From assembly GCA_032161105.1 (NCBI GenBank), contig JAVHTD010000003.1: a DNA stretch of 64,000 bases; one strand, 5' to 3'. This DNA is from Candidatus Thermosaccharophagus tengchongensis (GTDB taxonomy: Bacteria > Armatimonadota > Fervidibacteria > Fervidibacterales > Thermosaccharophagaceae). The translations under genes and the position numbers were made by a program. This document shows, piece by piece, positions 17,325-26,702 of the stretch (the stretch's first letter is position 1; each line of letters starts with the position of its first letter). The notes beneath the pieces are model-generated. The model searched no databases, was not told where the DNA came from, and was given only the letters and a program-made list of their open reading frames with translations.

Positions 17325-19592
17325 ATGCAAAGGACATTAAAGGTAACCTCGCTTCAACGACTGCTCAACATCATCAGTTGGCTCTTCATTTCCATTGCTG
17401 TGGGCAGCGCAATTGGGGCATGCTGTGCTGCAGCCGTATATTACACCCTCGCCCGTGACTTGCCACAAATCTCGGAGCTCACATCAATACGCCCCTGTGA
17501 GGCTACCATCATTTACGCGTCAAATGGAGAACAACTTGCCGAAGTGTATGCAGTCAGGAGGAAGTGGGTGCCCATATCCCGCATTCCAAAATATCTCCAG
17601 CTGGCTACCATCGCAGCTGAGGACAAAAGGTTTTACACCCACCCGGGAGTGGATCCGCGCTCAGTTGTGCGCGCCCTCATAGTGAACTTAAAAGAGCGCA
17701 GGTATGCTCAAGGTGGGAGCACCATAACGCAGCAGCTCGCAAGGGGGCTCTTTCTGAGCCCGGAGAAATCGCTCAAACGCAAGTTGAAGGAGATCATCCT
17801 CGCCATCAAGATTGAAAGGGCGTTTTCAAAGCAGGAGATACTTGAGATGTATCTCAACCAAGTGTGCTATGGGCATGGCGCATACGGCGTTGAAGTCGCA
17901 TCACAGCTCTACTTTGGGAAGCATGTTTGGGAACTTAACTTGCCGCAGTGCGCATTGCTTGCGGCTCTGCCAAAGCGCCCCTCATATTACTCACCCTACG
18001 AACATCCCGGGGCTTGCAAGGCGAGGAGGGACTTCATCCTTGATAAGATGGCGGAGTTGGGCTTCATAACGAAAGAGGAAGCCGAGAAAGCAAAGCAAAC
18101 GCCAATAACCGATGGATTGGTTGACCTGAGGCAGATTGGTGTTGGGCAGGTCAAGGCACACTATTTCACCAACTTCGCCATTAAGGAACTGGTGCAGCGC
18201 TTCGGCTCTGATATGGTCTACAAGGGTGGGCTTAAGGTCTACACATCGTTGGATTTGAAGCTGCAAGGAGAGGTTGAAAAGCTGGTTGAAAGCAACCTTT
18301 GGAGGATAAAAGCTTCCGGCGCAGACCAAATCGCCATCGTATGCCTTGATATAAAGTCGGGGCAAATAATGGCGATGGTTGGCGGCGCGAACAAGTTCCG
18401 AATCGACCCGCGAACAAAGGAGCGAGTGCGCGATGATTATAACCGCGCAACTCAAGCGCCCAACCAACCCGGGTCAAGCTTCAAAGTGTATGTCTATGCG
18501 GCAGCGCTTGAGTTCGGATTTAAGCCATACAGCATCTTTAACGACTCGCGAATAACATTCGTCAGCGCCGGCGGTAAGACATGGTCACCGAGAAACTACG
18601 ATGGGGTCTACGGGCGCTCAATGACGCTCAAACAGGCTTTAGCCATGTCAAACAATGTAATCGCTGTCAAGCTGTGCAGAGCTGTCGGCGTTGACAGAGT
18701 TGTTGAATGTGCAAAGCGCATGGGCTTCAGGTTCGCCAGAGATCCATATTCGGCAAGCTACGCGCTGGCGCTCGGCGCAGTTGACGGCTACCTGCTTGAC
18801 CATACGGCTGCGACAGCATGCGTTGCGAACAAAGGGAACAGGGTTTTCCCAACAACATTGGAGAAGGTATACGATGGGCGTGGGCGATTGATTTACCAGC
18901 ATGCGCCGCGCACCATCAAAGCGCTGAGTGAGGAAGTGGCTGAGCAGCTCCTTGATATGATGATTGCCGTCGTGACATCTGGGACAGGTAGGGCTGCCGC
19001 AGTTAACGGATACCAAGTGGCGGGCAAGACCGGCACAAGCAGTGAGCTGCGCGATTTATGGTTTGTTGGCTTCAGCCCATCAATAGCGTGCGGCGTGTGG
19101 GTTGGAAGGGAGGATAACAAACCCTTGAGAAGCGGCTCCGGAGGGTCAGTATGCGCACCCATATTCTCACAGGTGATGAGGGTGGCTCTCAAATTACATC
19201 CGGGTCCGACGAGGTTTGAATTTACGGCGCTCAAGAAAGATGGGGGTAGAACGCCTCTTAGCGCGGAGCCAAAGGATGAATTCCGCAGGGTGACCATATG
19301 TGACGATAGCGGTCTAATTGCTACCCCATCGTGTCCATCAACGCACGAGGAGGTGCTTCCAAAGGAACAAGTCCCGAGGCGTGAATGCAGCCTTCACCGA
19401 ACTGACTTCGTTGATGTAGCCATATGCAAACTGTCTGGAAAGCTCGCCGGCTTTTACTGCCCGGCGGATGAAATTGTTTGGCGCAGGATGCCAGCCTCAT
19501 CAGTGCCAACCGAAATTTGCCCGGTGCATCGCCCGAGCGCAGAAACCTCAGATGCATCCGCAATCGGGGAGCACGAGCAGGCTGATAGGTGA
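17325..19592 (+). CDS. Class A penicillin-binding protein (PBP1A family) with two C-terminal Cys/His repeats
   Basis: TM anchor; GT51 motifs EDKRF, HPGVD, GGSTITQQL, RKLKE, YLN; transpeptidase motifs SSFK, SNN, KTGT. Confidence 0.93.
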   Translation: MQRTLKVTSLQRLLNIISWLFISIAVGSAIGACCAAAVYYTLARDLPQISELTSIRPCEATIIYASNGEQLAEVYAVRRKWVPISRIPKYLQLATIAAEDKRFYTHPGVDPRSVVRALIVNLKERRYAQGGSTITQQLARGLFLSPEKSLKRKLKEIILAIKIERAFSKQEILEMYLNQVCYGHGAYGVEVASQLYFGKHVWELNLPQCALLAALPKRPSYYSPYEHPGACKARRDFILDKMAELGFITKEEAEKAKQTPITDGLVDLRQIGVGQVKAHYFTNFAIKELVQRFGSDMVYKGGLKVYTSLDLKLQGEVEKLVESNLWRIKASGADQIAIVCLDIKSGQIMAMVGGANKFRIDPRTKERVRDDYNRATQAPNQPGSSFKVYVYAAALEFGFKPYSIFNDSRITFVSAGGKTWSPRNYDGVYGRSMTLKQALAMSNNVIAVKLCRAVGVDRVVECAKRMGFRFARDPYSASYALALGAVDGYLLDHTAATACVANKGNRVFPTTLEKVYDGRGRLIYQHAPRTIKALSEEVAEQLLDMMIAVVTSGTGRAAAVNGYQVAGKTGTSSELRDLWFVGFSPSIACGVWVGREDNKPLRSGSGGSVCAPIFSQVMRVALKLHPGPTRFEFTALKKDGGRTPLSAEPKDEFRRVTICDDSGLIATPSCPSTHEEVLPKEQVPRRECSLHRTDFVDVAICKLSGKLAGFYCPADEIVWRRMPASSVPTEICPVHRPSAETSDASAIGEHEQADR

Positions 19593-19721
19593 TCCGAAAC
19601 ACATCCACTTGTGCTGCAGCTTGAACCTCAATCACATGAAGGTTTTTATGAGCACGCCTTTATCCCGCCCGCCTAAAAACATAGAAGTTGAGCTGCCCAT
19701 CGGAGCTGCGTGAATTGGAGG

Positions 19722-21917
19722 TCACCGGCTTTTGTCCGAGCGGAAATGCACCATTGAAGCAAGTGAACGCAGGTCCTTTGCCGGGGATGACAGGTAAATC
19801 GGAGCACGACTCAACTTCACCTTTGAGGTCGCTATCTCGTTACCCATGATGTCATACGCTTTAACTGCACGCCCTAACGATAAATGTGCATTGGCAGTTT
19901 CGTCTGCGAGCCATGCAATTGCAGTCACGCCGTTTCTGGTGCGAAAGGCATAACAGCGTGAACGGCTTCCGAGGTTAAGCACTCCTAACGGAAGCGGGCT
20001 TGATGTGAGAAAGTTCGCTAAAGCAGCATGCATCGGCAGCGTCACTTTCGGTGTCCCATCAACCTCAAAAAACAAATCGCCAAGATGCCCGCCCGATGAC
20101 GCGCATCCACTTGCGTGAAAGATTTTGCCAACGCCATACGAAAGGAGGATTGCGACAAGGCGCACCATGCAAATGCCCATCTCAAGCTCATCCTGAGGGC
20201 TGCTCAAAGGCTGTGCGCCTGAGCCTTCGCCCGATAATGACCAATACCATGTGAGCCAGATTGGCTTTCGCCCACCACGCGCATCAATTTGAGCAAGCAG
20301 CTTCTTCATCAGCTGCTCAAGCGCCTCCGATGGGATTTGAGCGGAGCGAATTTCAACTGCAAGCGCATCAACAAACTTCAGCCCACCGGAGGCGACGAAC
20401 TCATTTGCAAACTCAAGGGCTGCTTCAGCTTCGCCAGCACTTATTCCGCCAAGGAGGAGGCAGTCGCGGCATAAGCCCTTGGCTATGCTGTAAGCAGCTT
20501 TCATCAACTCAATGTATCCGCCACATTGGAGGTCACGCTGCCGCGAGCAGGCCGCATGCGGTAACACAGGATGGATCAGCTCAAATGCCACCACGCGAGT
20601 CCGGTAGCGTCTCACCTCAACGCCAAAAAGCTCCGCAAGCCGCTTCGCTCTTACTGCTTGTGATGACTCAACGCACTCCCCGGTTAAACCCTCCTCATCC
20701 CCAACCTCACAACACTCCAACGCCCTTGAAAGTTGATTGGTTGAGATTGAAAGCAAAGGGTGCACACCGAGCTTTAGCGCCAAATCAACTTTGGCATTAA
20801 CATCGGCACCATCACCTATAGCTCCAACTGCTGCAGCCTCCGCCAACCGAATTTTACGCCAGAGCAATCCAGCACGCTTTGCAAGCAACAGCAACTCACC
20901 GCACGCATGGACATCCTCCGCACCAAATGGTGAATCAACGCCATCAAACTTGCGCAGCACAGCACATCGGGCTTCCGCATTCGCAATTGGATGCCGAGAG
21001 TCATCGTAGGCGTGTGCCCTCACAAGATAAAACCCAAACGCCTTTGGCAGAACATCGTGCAGCGGGACGATGATCCGGCTTGCCATCAAGGCTTTGGTGC
21101 GGACCTCGCGATGTGAGACGGCAACTCCATTAAAGTCGTAAGCTCGGACATCAATGCTCACATCGGAATCTGCACCATCGTTGTATCCCACAAGGCACAG
21201 CTTTGCATCGCCGGAATTCACCCACACATTTGTGGGCGAGTTTGAGGTGATGAAGAGCTCAAACTGCGATAGCGGTCTGTAGGCGCTCGGTGCATCACCG
21301 CATTCAAGTTGAATTGCATCCACAAAAATTGAGCCCGCTTCACACCAACCCTCACAGCGGCAATGACCTATCACCACTGAAGCAAACTCCTCGCGAGCCA
21401 CAAATGTAAACGAATAGCGCCGCCAAGAGTTTGATGGCTTAAATTGGCGCCCATGAGAATCGCCGCTTCGGTAGCGAAGCATCAATGTGGCAATGGCATC
21501 ACAATCAGAACGCATGAATGCCGAAAGGGTGTAAGTCCTACCGGCGCAGAGCTTAATCCAACCGCTTGAGGCAACGAGCACATTAACGGCGGAAGCATTT
21601 GCTTTGAACAGCCCAGACATGCTTATAGGCGCGCCAACACTCAAGCTCAGCACCATCTTACCGTGTGGGGCATCGTCAACCTCAATTACATCGCCATGCA
21701 ATTTCCAAAGGCTGCCCACAGTGCCGACCTGCGGAGGATAACCACGCCACCCAACTGAACCGCACTCAAAGCTGCTGTTTGGGATGAGGTTTACTGAGCC
21801 ATTCGCATCCTCGCAATGCGCCTGCGAATCCAAATTGGCGCATGCCAAGGCAAAAGACAACCACGCGATGAGGTGAGCAATGCACCGTCCGTCGGTGCTG
21901 TGAGGGTTCACAATCAT
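19722..21917 (-). CDS. Secreted carbohydrate-binding / GH39-like TIM-barrel protein with degenerate catalytic motifs
   Basis: Signal-like N-terminus; NLIPNSSFE...YTLSAFMR...W.RYSFTF...VDAIQLE CBM-like domain; SPFG; KPIWLT; DGTPK; YDIMGN...PIYL tail. ATG 21917 overlaps the nnr stop (ATGA). Confidence 0.6.
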   Translation of the reverse strand: MIVNPHSTDGRCIAHLIAWLSFALACANLDSQAHCEDANGSVNLIPNSSFECGSVGWRGYPPQVGTVGSLWKLHGDVIEVDDAPHGKMVLSLSVGAPISMSGLFKANASAVNVLVASSGWIKLCAGRTYTLSAFMRSDCDAIATLMLRYRSGDSHGRQFKPSNSWRRYSFTFVAREEFASVVIGHCRCEGWCEAGSIFVDAIQLECGDAPSAYRPLSQFELFITSNSPTNVWVNSGDAKLCLVGYNDGADSDVSIDVRAYDFNGVAVSHREVRTKALMASRIIVPLHDVLPKAFGFYLVRAHAYDDSRHPIANAEARCAVLRKFDGVDSPFGAEDVHACGELLLLAKRAGLLWRKIRLAEAAAVGAIGDGADVNAKVDLALKLGVHPLLSISTNQLSRALECCEVGDEEGLTGECVESSQAVRAKRLAELFGVEVRRYRTRVVAFELIHPVLPHAACSRQRDLQCGGYIELMKAAYSIAKGLCRDCLLLGGISAGEAEAALEFANEFVASGGLKFVDALAVEIRSAQIPSEALEQLMKKLLAQIDARGGRKPIWLTWYWSLSGEGSGAQPLSSPQDELEMGICMVRLVAILLSYGVGKIFHASGCASSGGHLGDLFFEVDGTPKVTLPMHAALANFLTSSPLPLGVLNLGSRSRCYAFRTRNGVTAIAWLADETANAHLSLGRAVKAYDIMGNEIATSKVKLSRAPIYLSSPAKDLRSLASMVHFRSDKSR

Positions 21918-23542
21918 TGCTGTTTCCTCCCGCGCGACACAAACCACACCCTTGCACTCAGCGGGCGAAGGCAAATGGGCATCCACATGTCCGGTTGCGT
22001 TATCGCCTTCGGAAGGTATTCAATCAAGTCGCCGGCGATGAGGGAGACCTCGCCTTTATCCCATGACGCCATATCACCGGCTAAGCCGTGAAGGAAAGCG
22101 GCACACGCAGCTGCTTCAAACGGTTCGTTCCCTTGCGCAATCAATCCGGCTATCAAACCGGTGAGCACATCACCCGTGCCACCACTCGCCATGCCGGGGT
22201 TGCCAGTCAAGTTTATGTATGCATTTCCATCTGGGGAGGCAATGATGGTGTGAGCGCCTTTGAGCACAACAACGGCATTCAGCTCGCCAGCAACACTCTG
22301 AGATATGCCGATGCGATCGGCTTGCACTTCGGCAACCGTCTTCCCAGTCAGCGCAGCCATCTCACCAGGATGAGGCGTCAGCACAAGCTCACAAGCACGC
22401 TTTTTCAGCTCTTCCATCCTCCCAGCGAATGCCATAATCCCGTCGGCATCAAGCACGATGGTTTTTGTTGAGTTGGAAACGACCTGACGCACGAACTCTT
22501 GCGTCTCCGGCACCCTTGATATACCCGGACCAATAGCAAGCACATCAACTGCTTTCATGCGCTCAAGGACAACATCAATTGCGCCCAAGGATATACTCAT
22601 TGCGCTCGTTTCCGGCAGCGGCAAGCTCATCGCCTCAATGGCTGCAGCCTCAAAGGCTATGTTTAGGCTCTTTGGGAGCGCCACTGTCACCAATCCTGCA
22701 CCGCCACGCAGCGCTGCCATGCCGCACATCATTGCAGCGCCGGTCATCCCAGCAGAACCACCGATGACGAGCACCCTGCCGTAATCGCCCTTGTGCGTGT
22801 TGGGTGCCCTCGGCTTATAGCAATTCCAAACGAGCTCTTCAGTCGTCACCTTCACCCATGGTTCAAATGACTCAAACAACTCCTTCGGCACACCTATGTA
22901 GCCGAGAAACAAATCCCCAACATGCTCAGCGCCTGGGAAGAGTAACAATCCACGCTTTATTGCGCCAAGCGTAACCGTCACATCCGCATTGATGCATACA
23001 CCACAAACTTCGCCCGTGTCGGAATTGAGTCCCGATGGGACATCCACAGCCACAACATGCTTCCCGCACGAATTGATAACTTTCACGGCATCGGCTATGA
23101 TTCCCCTGACCTCACCGGTTATCCCGGTGCCGAGCAACGCATCAATGACAAGCTGTGCCTCCCTCAAAGCCGCCTCAAATTCCGCCAGCTTTGATTCATC
23201 CACAACCTCAACTACAGGTATGCCGATGCTCGCTGCGGAAGCACAGTTGATGGCAGCATCGCCTTTTAAGTCGCTGGCTCGCGCCATCAGGTAGACGCTC
23301 ACATTAACGCCCATGTTGTGAAGATGCCTTGCAATGGCTAACCCATCACCGCCGTTGTTCCCGCGCCCACAGGCAACAGCAACCTTTTGCTTTGGTTCAA
23401 CCCCAACATGCTTCTCAAGCACCTCAACGACGCTTAGTGCCGCATTCTCCATGAGCACGATTGATGGCACACCAAGTTGCTCGGCAGCTCTCCTGTCGCA
23501 TTCCCTGCTCTGAAACGATGTGAGCACATGCCTTGTAAGCAT
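21914..23542 (-). CDS. nnr: Bifunctional NAD(P)H-hydrate epimerase/dehydratase
   Basis: LMENA, GRGNNGGDG, DALLGTG, AVDVPSG (YjeF_N); HKGDYG, GAGLV, DADG, TPHPGE, LKG, GGTGDVL (carbohydrate-kinase-like domain). Confidence 0.95.
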   Translation of the reverse strand: MLTRHVLTSFQSRECDRRAAEQLGVPSIVLMENAALSVVEVLEKHVGVEPKQKVAVACGRGNNGGDGLAIARHLHNMGVNVSVYLMARASDLKGDAAINCASAASIGIPVVEVVDESKLAEFEAALREAQLVIDALLGTGITGEVRGIIADAVKVINSCGKHVVAVDVPSGLNSDTGEVCGVCINADVTVTLGAIKRGLLLFPGAEHVGDLFLGYIGVPKELFESFEPWVKVTTEELVWNCYKPRAPNTHKGDYGRVLVIGGSAGMTGAAMMCGMAALRGGAGLVTVALPKSLNIAFEAAAIEAMSLPLPETSAMSISLGAIDVVLERMKAVDVLAIGPGISRVPETQEFVRQVVSNSTKTIVLDADGIMAFAGRMEELKKRACELVLTPHPGEMAALTGKTVAEVQADRIGISQSVAGELNAVVVLKGAHTIIASPDGNAYINLTGNPGMASGGTGDVLTGLIAGLIAQGNEPFEAAACAAFLHGLAGDMASWDKGEVSLIAGDLIEYLPKAITQPDMWMPICLRPLSARVWFVSRGRKQQ

Positions 23543-23610
23543 GGGCTTTTACCTCCCACGACCTTGCTCACGGGTTTAGTGGGTGAGTTCATGATGCAAC
23601 GGCATGCGGT

Positions 23611-24813
23611 TTAACCTTCATCCGATAGACGGCGAAGCACGCTGCGAGTGACCATCGTTGGCAAGCCAAAGATTTTGATGAAGCCCTCCGATGCACGATG
23701 GTCAAACTGGTCAGCACGGTCATATGTGGCGAGCTCATACCTGTAAAGCGAGAATGGGGATTCTCGCCCTACAACCATGCATGTGCCTTTGAACAGCTTG
23801 AGCCTGACCGTGCCCGTTACGGTGCGCTGTGTTGCATCCATGAACGCATCCAAAGCCTCGCGCAGCGGGTGATACCATAGCCCATAGTAGACCACTTCGG
23901 CATACTTGAGCTCAAGCCCGCGCTTGAAGTGAATCAAATCCCTTTCAAGCGTGAGTGCCTCAAGCGCTTTATGCGCCGTTATGAGAGTGATGGCTGCAGG
24001 CGCTTCATATACCTCACGCGACTTTATTCCGACAAGCCTGTTTTCAATCATGTCCACTCGCCCGATGCTGTGTCTGCCTGCGACCAAGTTCAAATGCGAT
24101 ATGAGTTTGACCAAGTCCATGCGCTCGCCATCAACCGCCACCGGCACGCCGCGCTCAAACTCAACCGTGATGTATTGCGGCTCGTCGGGCGCGTGAGCCT
24201 GCGGTGTTGTCCACTCAAATACCTCCTCGGGCGGCTCCTGTGCCGGGTCTTCAAGCTTGCCACACTCAATGCTTCTCCCCCAAAGGTTTTGGTCTATGCT
24301 GTATGGGCTTTCAACATCAACTGGTATCGGTATGCCATGCTCCCTTGCGTATTCAATTTCCTCCTCACGGCTCATTCCCCACTCCCTTGCTGGTGCGATG
24401 ATTTTGAGTGACGGGTCAAGCGCCCTGAAAGTCACCTCAAAGCGGACTTGGTCATTGCCTTTGCCAGTTGCACCGTGAGCAACTGCATCGGCGCCAATTT
24501 CATGCGCCACTTCAACAACCTTCTTTGCAATAAGCGGGCGTGCCATCGCTGTAGCCAATGGATAGCCATCCTCGTAGATGGCATTCGCCTTCAAACACGG
24601 CGTTATGAAGTCCTTGGCGAATTCATCCCTTGCATCAATGAGGAAGGCTTGCTTTGCGCCTATGCGAAGCGCCTTCTGTCTTATCGCTTCATAGTCCTTG
24701 ACCTCACCAACATCAACGGTGACTGTCACGACCTCGGCGTTATATCGCTCAGCAAGCCATCGTATAGCGACCGATGTATCCAAGCCGCCGGAATACGCAA
24801 GCACAACCTTCAT
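23611..24813 (-). CDS. argG: Argininosuccinate synthase
   Basis: MKVVLAYSGGLDTS, HGATGKGNDQVRFE, SIDQNLWGRS, ENRLVGIKSREVYE. Start set at ATG 24813 behind GGAGG. Confidence 0.97.
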   Translation of the reverse strand: MKVVLAYSGGLDTSVAIRWLAERYNAEVVTVTVDVGEVKDYEAIRQKALRIGAKQAFLIDARDEFAKDFITPCLKANAIYEDGYPLATAMARPLIAKKVVEVAHEIGADAVAHGATGKGNDQVRFEVTFRALDPSLKIIAPAREWGMSREEEIEYAREHGIPIPVDVESPYSIDQNLWGRSIECGKLEDPAQEPPEEVFEWTTPQAHAPDEPQYITVEFERGVPVAVDGERMDLVKLISHLNLVAGRHSIGRVDMIENRLVGIKSREVYEAPAAITLITAHKALEALTLERDLIHFKRGLELKYAEVVYYGLWYHPLREALDAFMDATQRTVTGTVRLKLFKGTCMVVGRESPFSLYRYELATYDRADQFDHRASEGFIKIFGLPTMVTRSVLRRLSDEG

Positions 24814-25029
24814 GAGAAATCGCCTCCGTCTCACGCTCACCATCCACAACACAGTGATGGCGCTCAAGGAAATGTCATATGCAACTATGCCGCAAGCTCC
24901 CACCATTGGTATAAGGTTGGGTGGGCTAAACTTTGGATTTGATGTCCGTCACCGATGGCGTTGCTTTTCAACCGGCGATGAAGCGGCTCAACCTGCTGGA
25001 TGGACAATCTGTTAAGGTGGAGATGCGCA

Positions 25030-25941
25030 ATGAGCATCGTTGGCGTGCGAGTCAAAGTGCCAGCGTCAATAGCCAACATTGGCAGTGGCTTTGATGCGCT
25101 CGGGTTAGCCATATCATGGCATAACATCGTTGAGGTTGAACGCTCACATCGGCTTAGGATTGAGGTTTACGGTGAGGGCGAAGGCGAGCTGCCAAAGGAC
25201 GAGAGCAACATCTGTTACAGGGCATTCGCATCGGCGTGCCAATTGGTCGGTGAGAAGACACCACACATCACCATGCGCTTACATAACTTCATACCGATTG
25301 CGAGGGGATTGGGAAGCTCAGCTGCAGCGCGCGTAGGCGGCATACTTGCGGGGATAACCTTGCTCCAGAGGGAATTGAAAACGGGAGATGTGTTGAAGCT
25401 TGCAGCTATGTTGGAGGGGCACACGGACAATGTAGCAGCAGCACTCCTTGGCGGCTTCGTCATATCCGGGTGGAAGGTGGACAGCGGTGTATTCGCCATG
25501 CGCCTCCCAATCAAGGAAGCGCCTCAATTGGTTGTGCTCATCCCAAGCTGCAGGATTCCGACCGAACTTGCGAGGAGTGTCCTGCCAAATAGCATCCCAT
25601 TGAGTGACGCGGTATTCAACCTCAGCAGAGCCTGTTTAACAGTTGGCGCACTTGTGTGCGGCGAACTTGAGCAGCTCCGCGAAGCCCTCATGGATAGGCT
25701 GCATCAACCTTACAGGCAAAAGCTCATGCCATGGATGAACGATGTCATGAAAGCCGCATCGGATGCGGGCGCACTCGGAGCATGCCTCAGCGGCGCTGGG
25801 TCGGCAATGGTTGCATTCGTCACAGGCAATGCCGATGCCGTCTCGGAAGCCATGCTCAAGGCGCTTCAAAGGCATGGCGTTGATGGATATACTAAGATTG
25901 TGCAAGTGGACGGAGAGGGTGCGCAGATTGAAAGGTGGTGA
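25030..25941 (+). CDS. thrB: Homoserine kinase
   Basis: PASIANIGSGFDALG, PIARGLGSSAA (GHMP motif), EGHTDN, HQPYR, SGAG. Confidence 0.95.
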   Translation: MSIVGVRVKVPASIANIGSGFDALGLAISWHNIVEVERSHRLRIEVYGEGEGELPKDESNICYRAFASACQLVGEKTPHITMRLHNFIPIARGLGSSAAARVGGILAGITLLQRELKTGDVLKLAAMLEGHTDNVAAALLGGFVISGWKVDSGVFAMRLPIKEAPQLVVLIPSCRIPTELARSVLPNSIPLSDAVFNLSRACLTVGALVCGELEQLREALMDRLHQPYRQKLMPWMNDVMKAASDAGALGACLSGAGSAMVAFVTGNADAVSEAMLKALQRHGVDGYTKIVQVDGEGAQIERW

Positions 25942-25944
25942 AAG

Positions 25945-26265
25945 ATGGCGCGTAGCGATAAGGCAATTGCGGGTAGCGTTATCGGCATGCTCACATTCGT
26001 CGCCGGAATAACGCTGCTCGTAATCTCATTCGCCCTCACTTACAGCTTTTTCAATCAACTTGGAAACGAGAGGGCTGCGCTGTTCAACAATCTCCCTCAA
26101 GAGCCGAAGATGCTCATCAGTGCAGCATTGGGTTGGATATTGCGCTTGCTTTTCCGGCTGACTTGCTTGCTCATCATGGGGCTCATTGCCTCGCTTATCG
26201 CTGCTCGCGGCGCTCAGATGTATGGCGCTTCAATGACTTCGGCAAACTATAAGTCGCGGGAGTAG
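25945..26265 (+). CDS. Small membrane protein, unknown function
   Basis: Two hydrophobic helices; starts 4 nt after the thrB stop. Confidence 0.7.
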   Translation: MARSDKAIAGSVIGMLTFVAGITLLVISFALTYSFFNQLGNERAALFNNLPQEPKMLISAALGWILRLLFRLTCLLIMGLIASLIAARGAQMYGASMTSANYKSRE

Positions 26266-26385
26266 GGTGAGACGAGCAACCAATTCCTCGTGAAGTGATG
26301 ACAGCTCAAGTTGAGTCTCACGGTGATGGCGAACATGAACAGCAAGCCACAGCGCGAGCAACCACAAATGAAGGATAAGATGGGC

Positions 26386-26664
26386 ATGGAGAAGAAACGG
26401 CTACATGCCATCGTCCTCGGCTTGGTTCAGGGTGTTGGGTATCGTTACTTTACGCTGTGGGAGGCTGCAAGGCTTGGGTTGACCGGCTATGTGCGCAACT
26501 TGCCCGATGGCTCCGTTGAAGTTGTAGCAGAGGGGACTCAAGAGCAGCTTGAAAAGCTGCTTGAGAGGCTTCATCAAGGTCCACCTGCAGCCAAGGTGCG
26601 CAAGGTGATTGTGAAATGGGGCGAGGCTAAGAACGAGTTTGACAGGTTTGGAGTGAGGTTCTGA
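26386..26664 (+). CDS. acyP: Acylphosphatase
   Basis: GLVQGVGYR and [12 protein letters not shown] motifs; exact start uncertain. Confidence 0.93.
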   Translation: MEKKRLHAIVLGLVQGVGYRYFTLWEAARLGLTGYVRNLPDGSVEVVAEGTQEQLEKLLERLHQGPPAAKVRKVIVKWGEAKNEFDRFGVRF

Positions 26665-26702
26665 TGTCTGTGTGATGCTCACCGTTCCAACACACCATTT
26701 GG

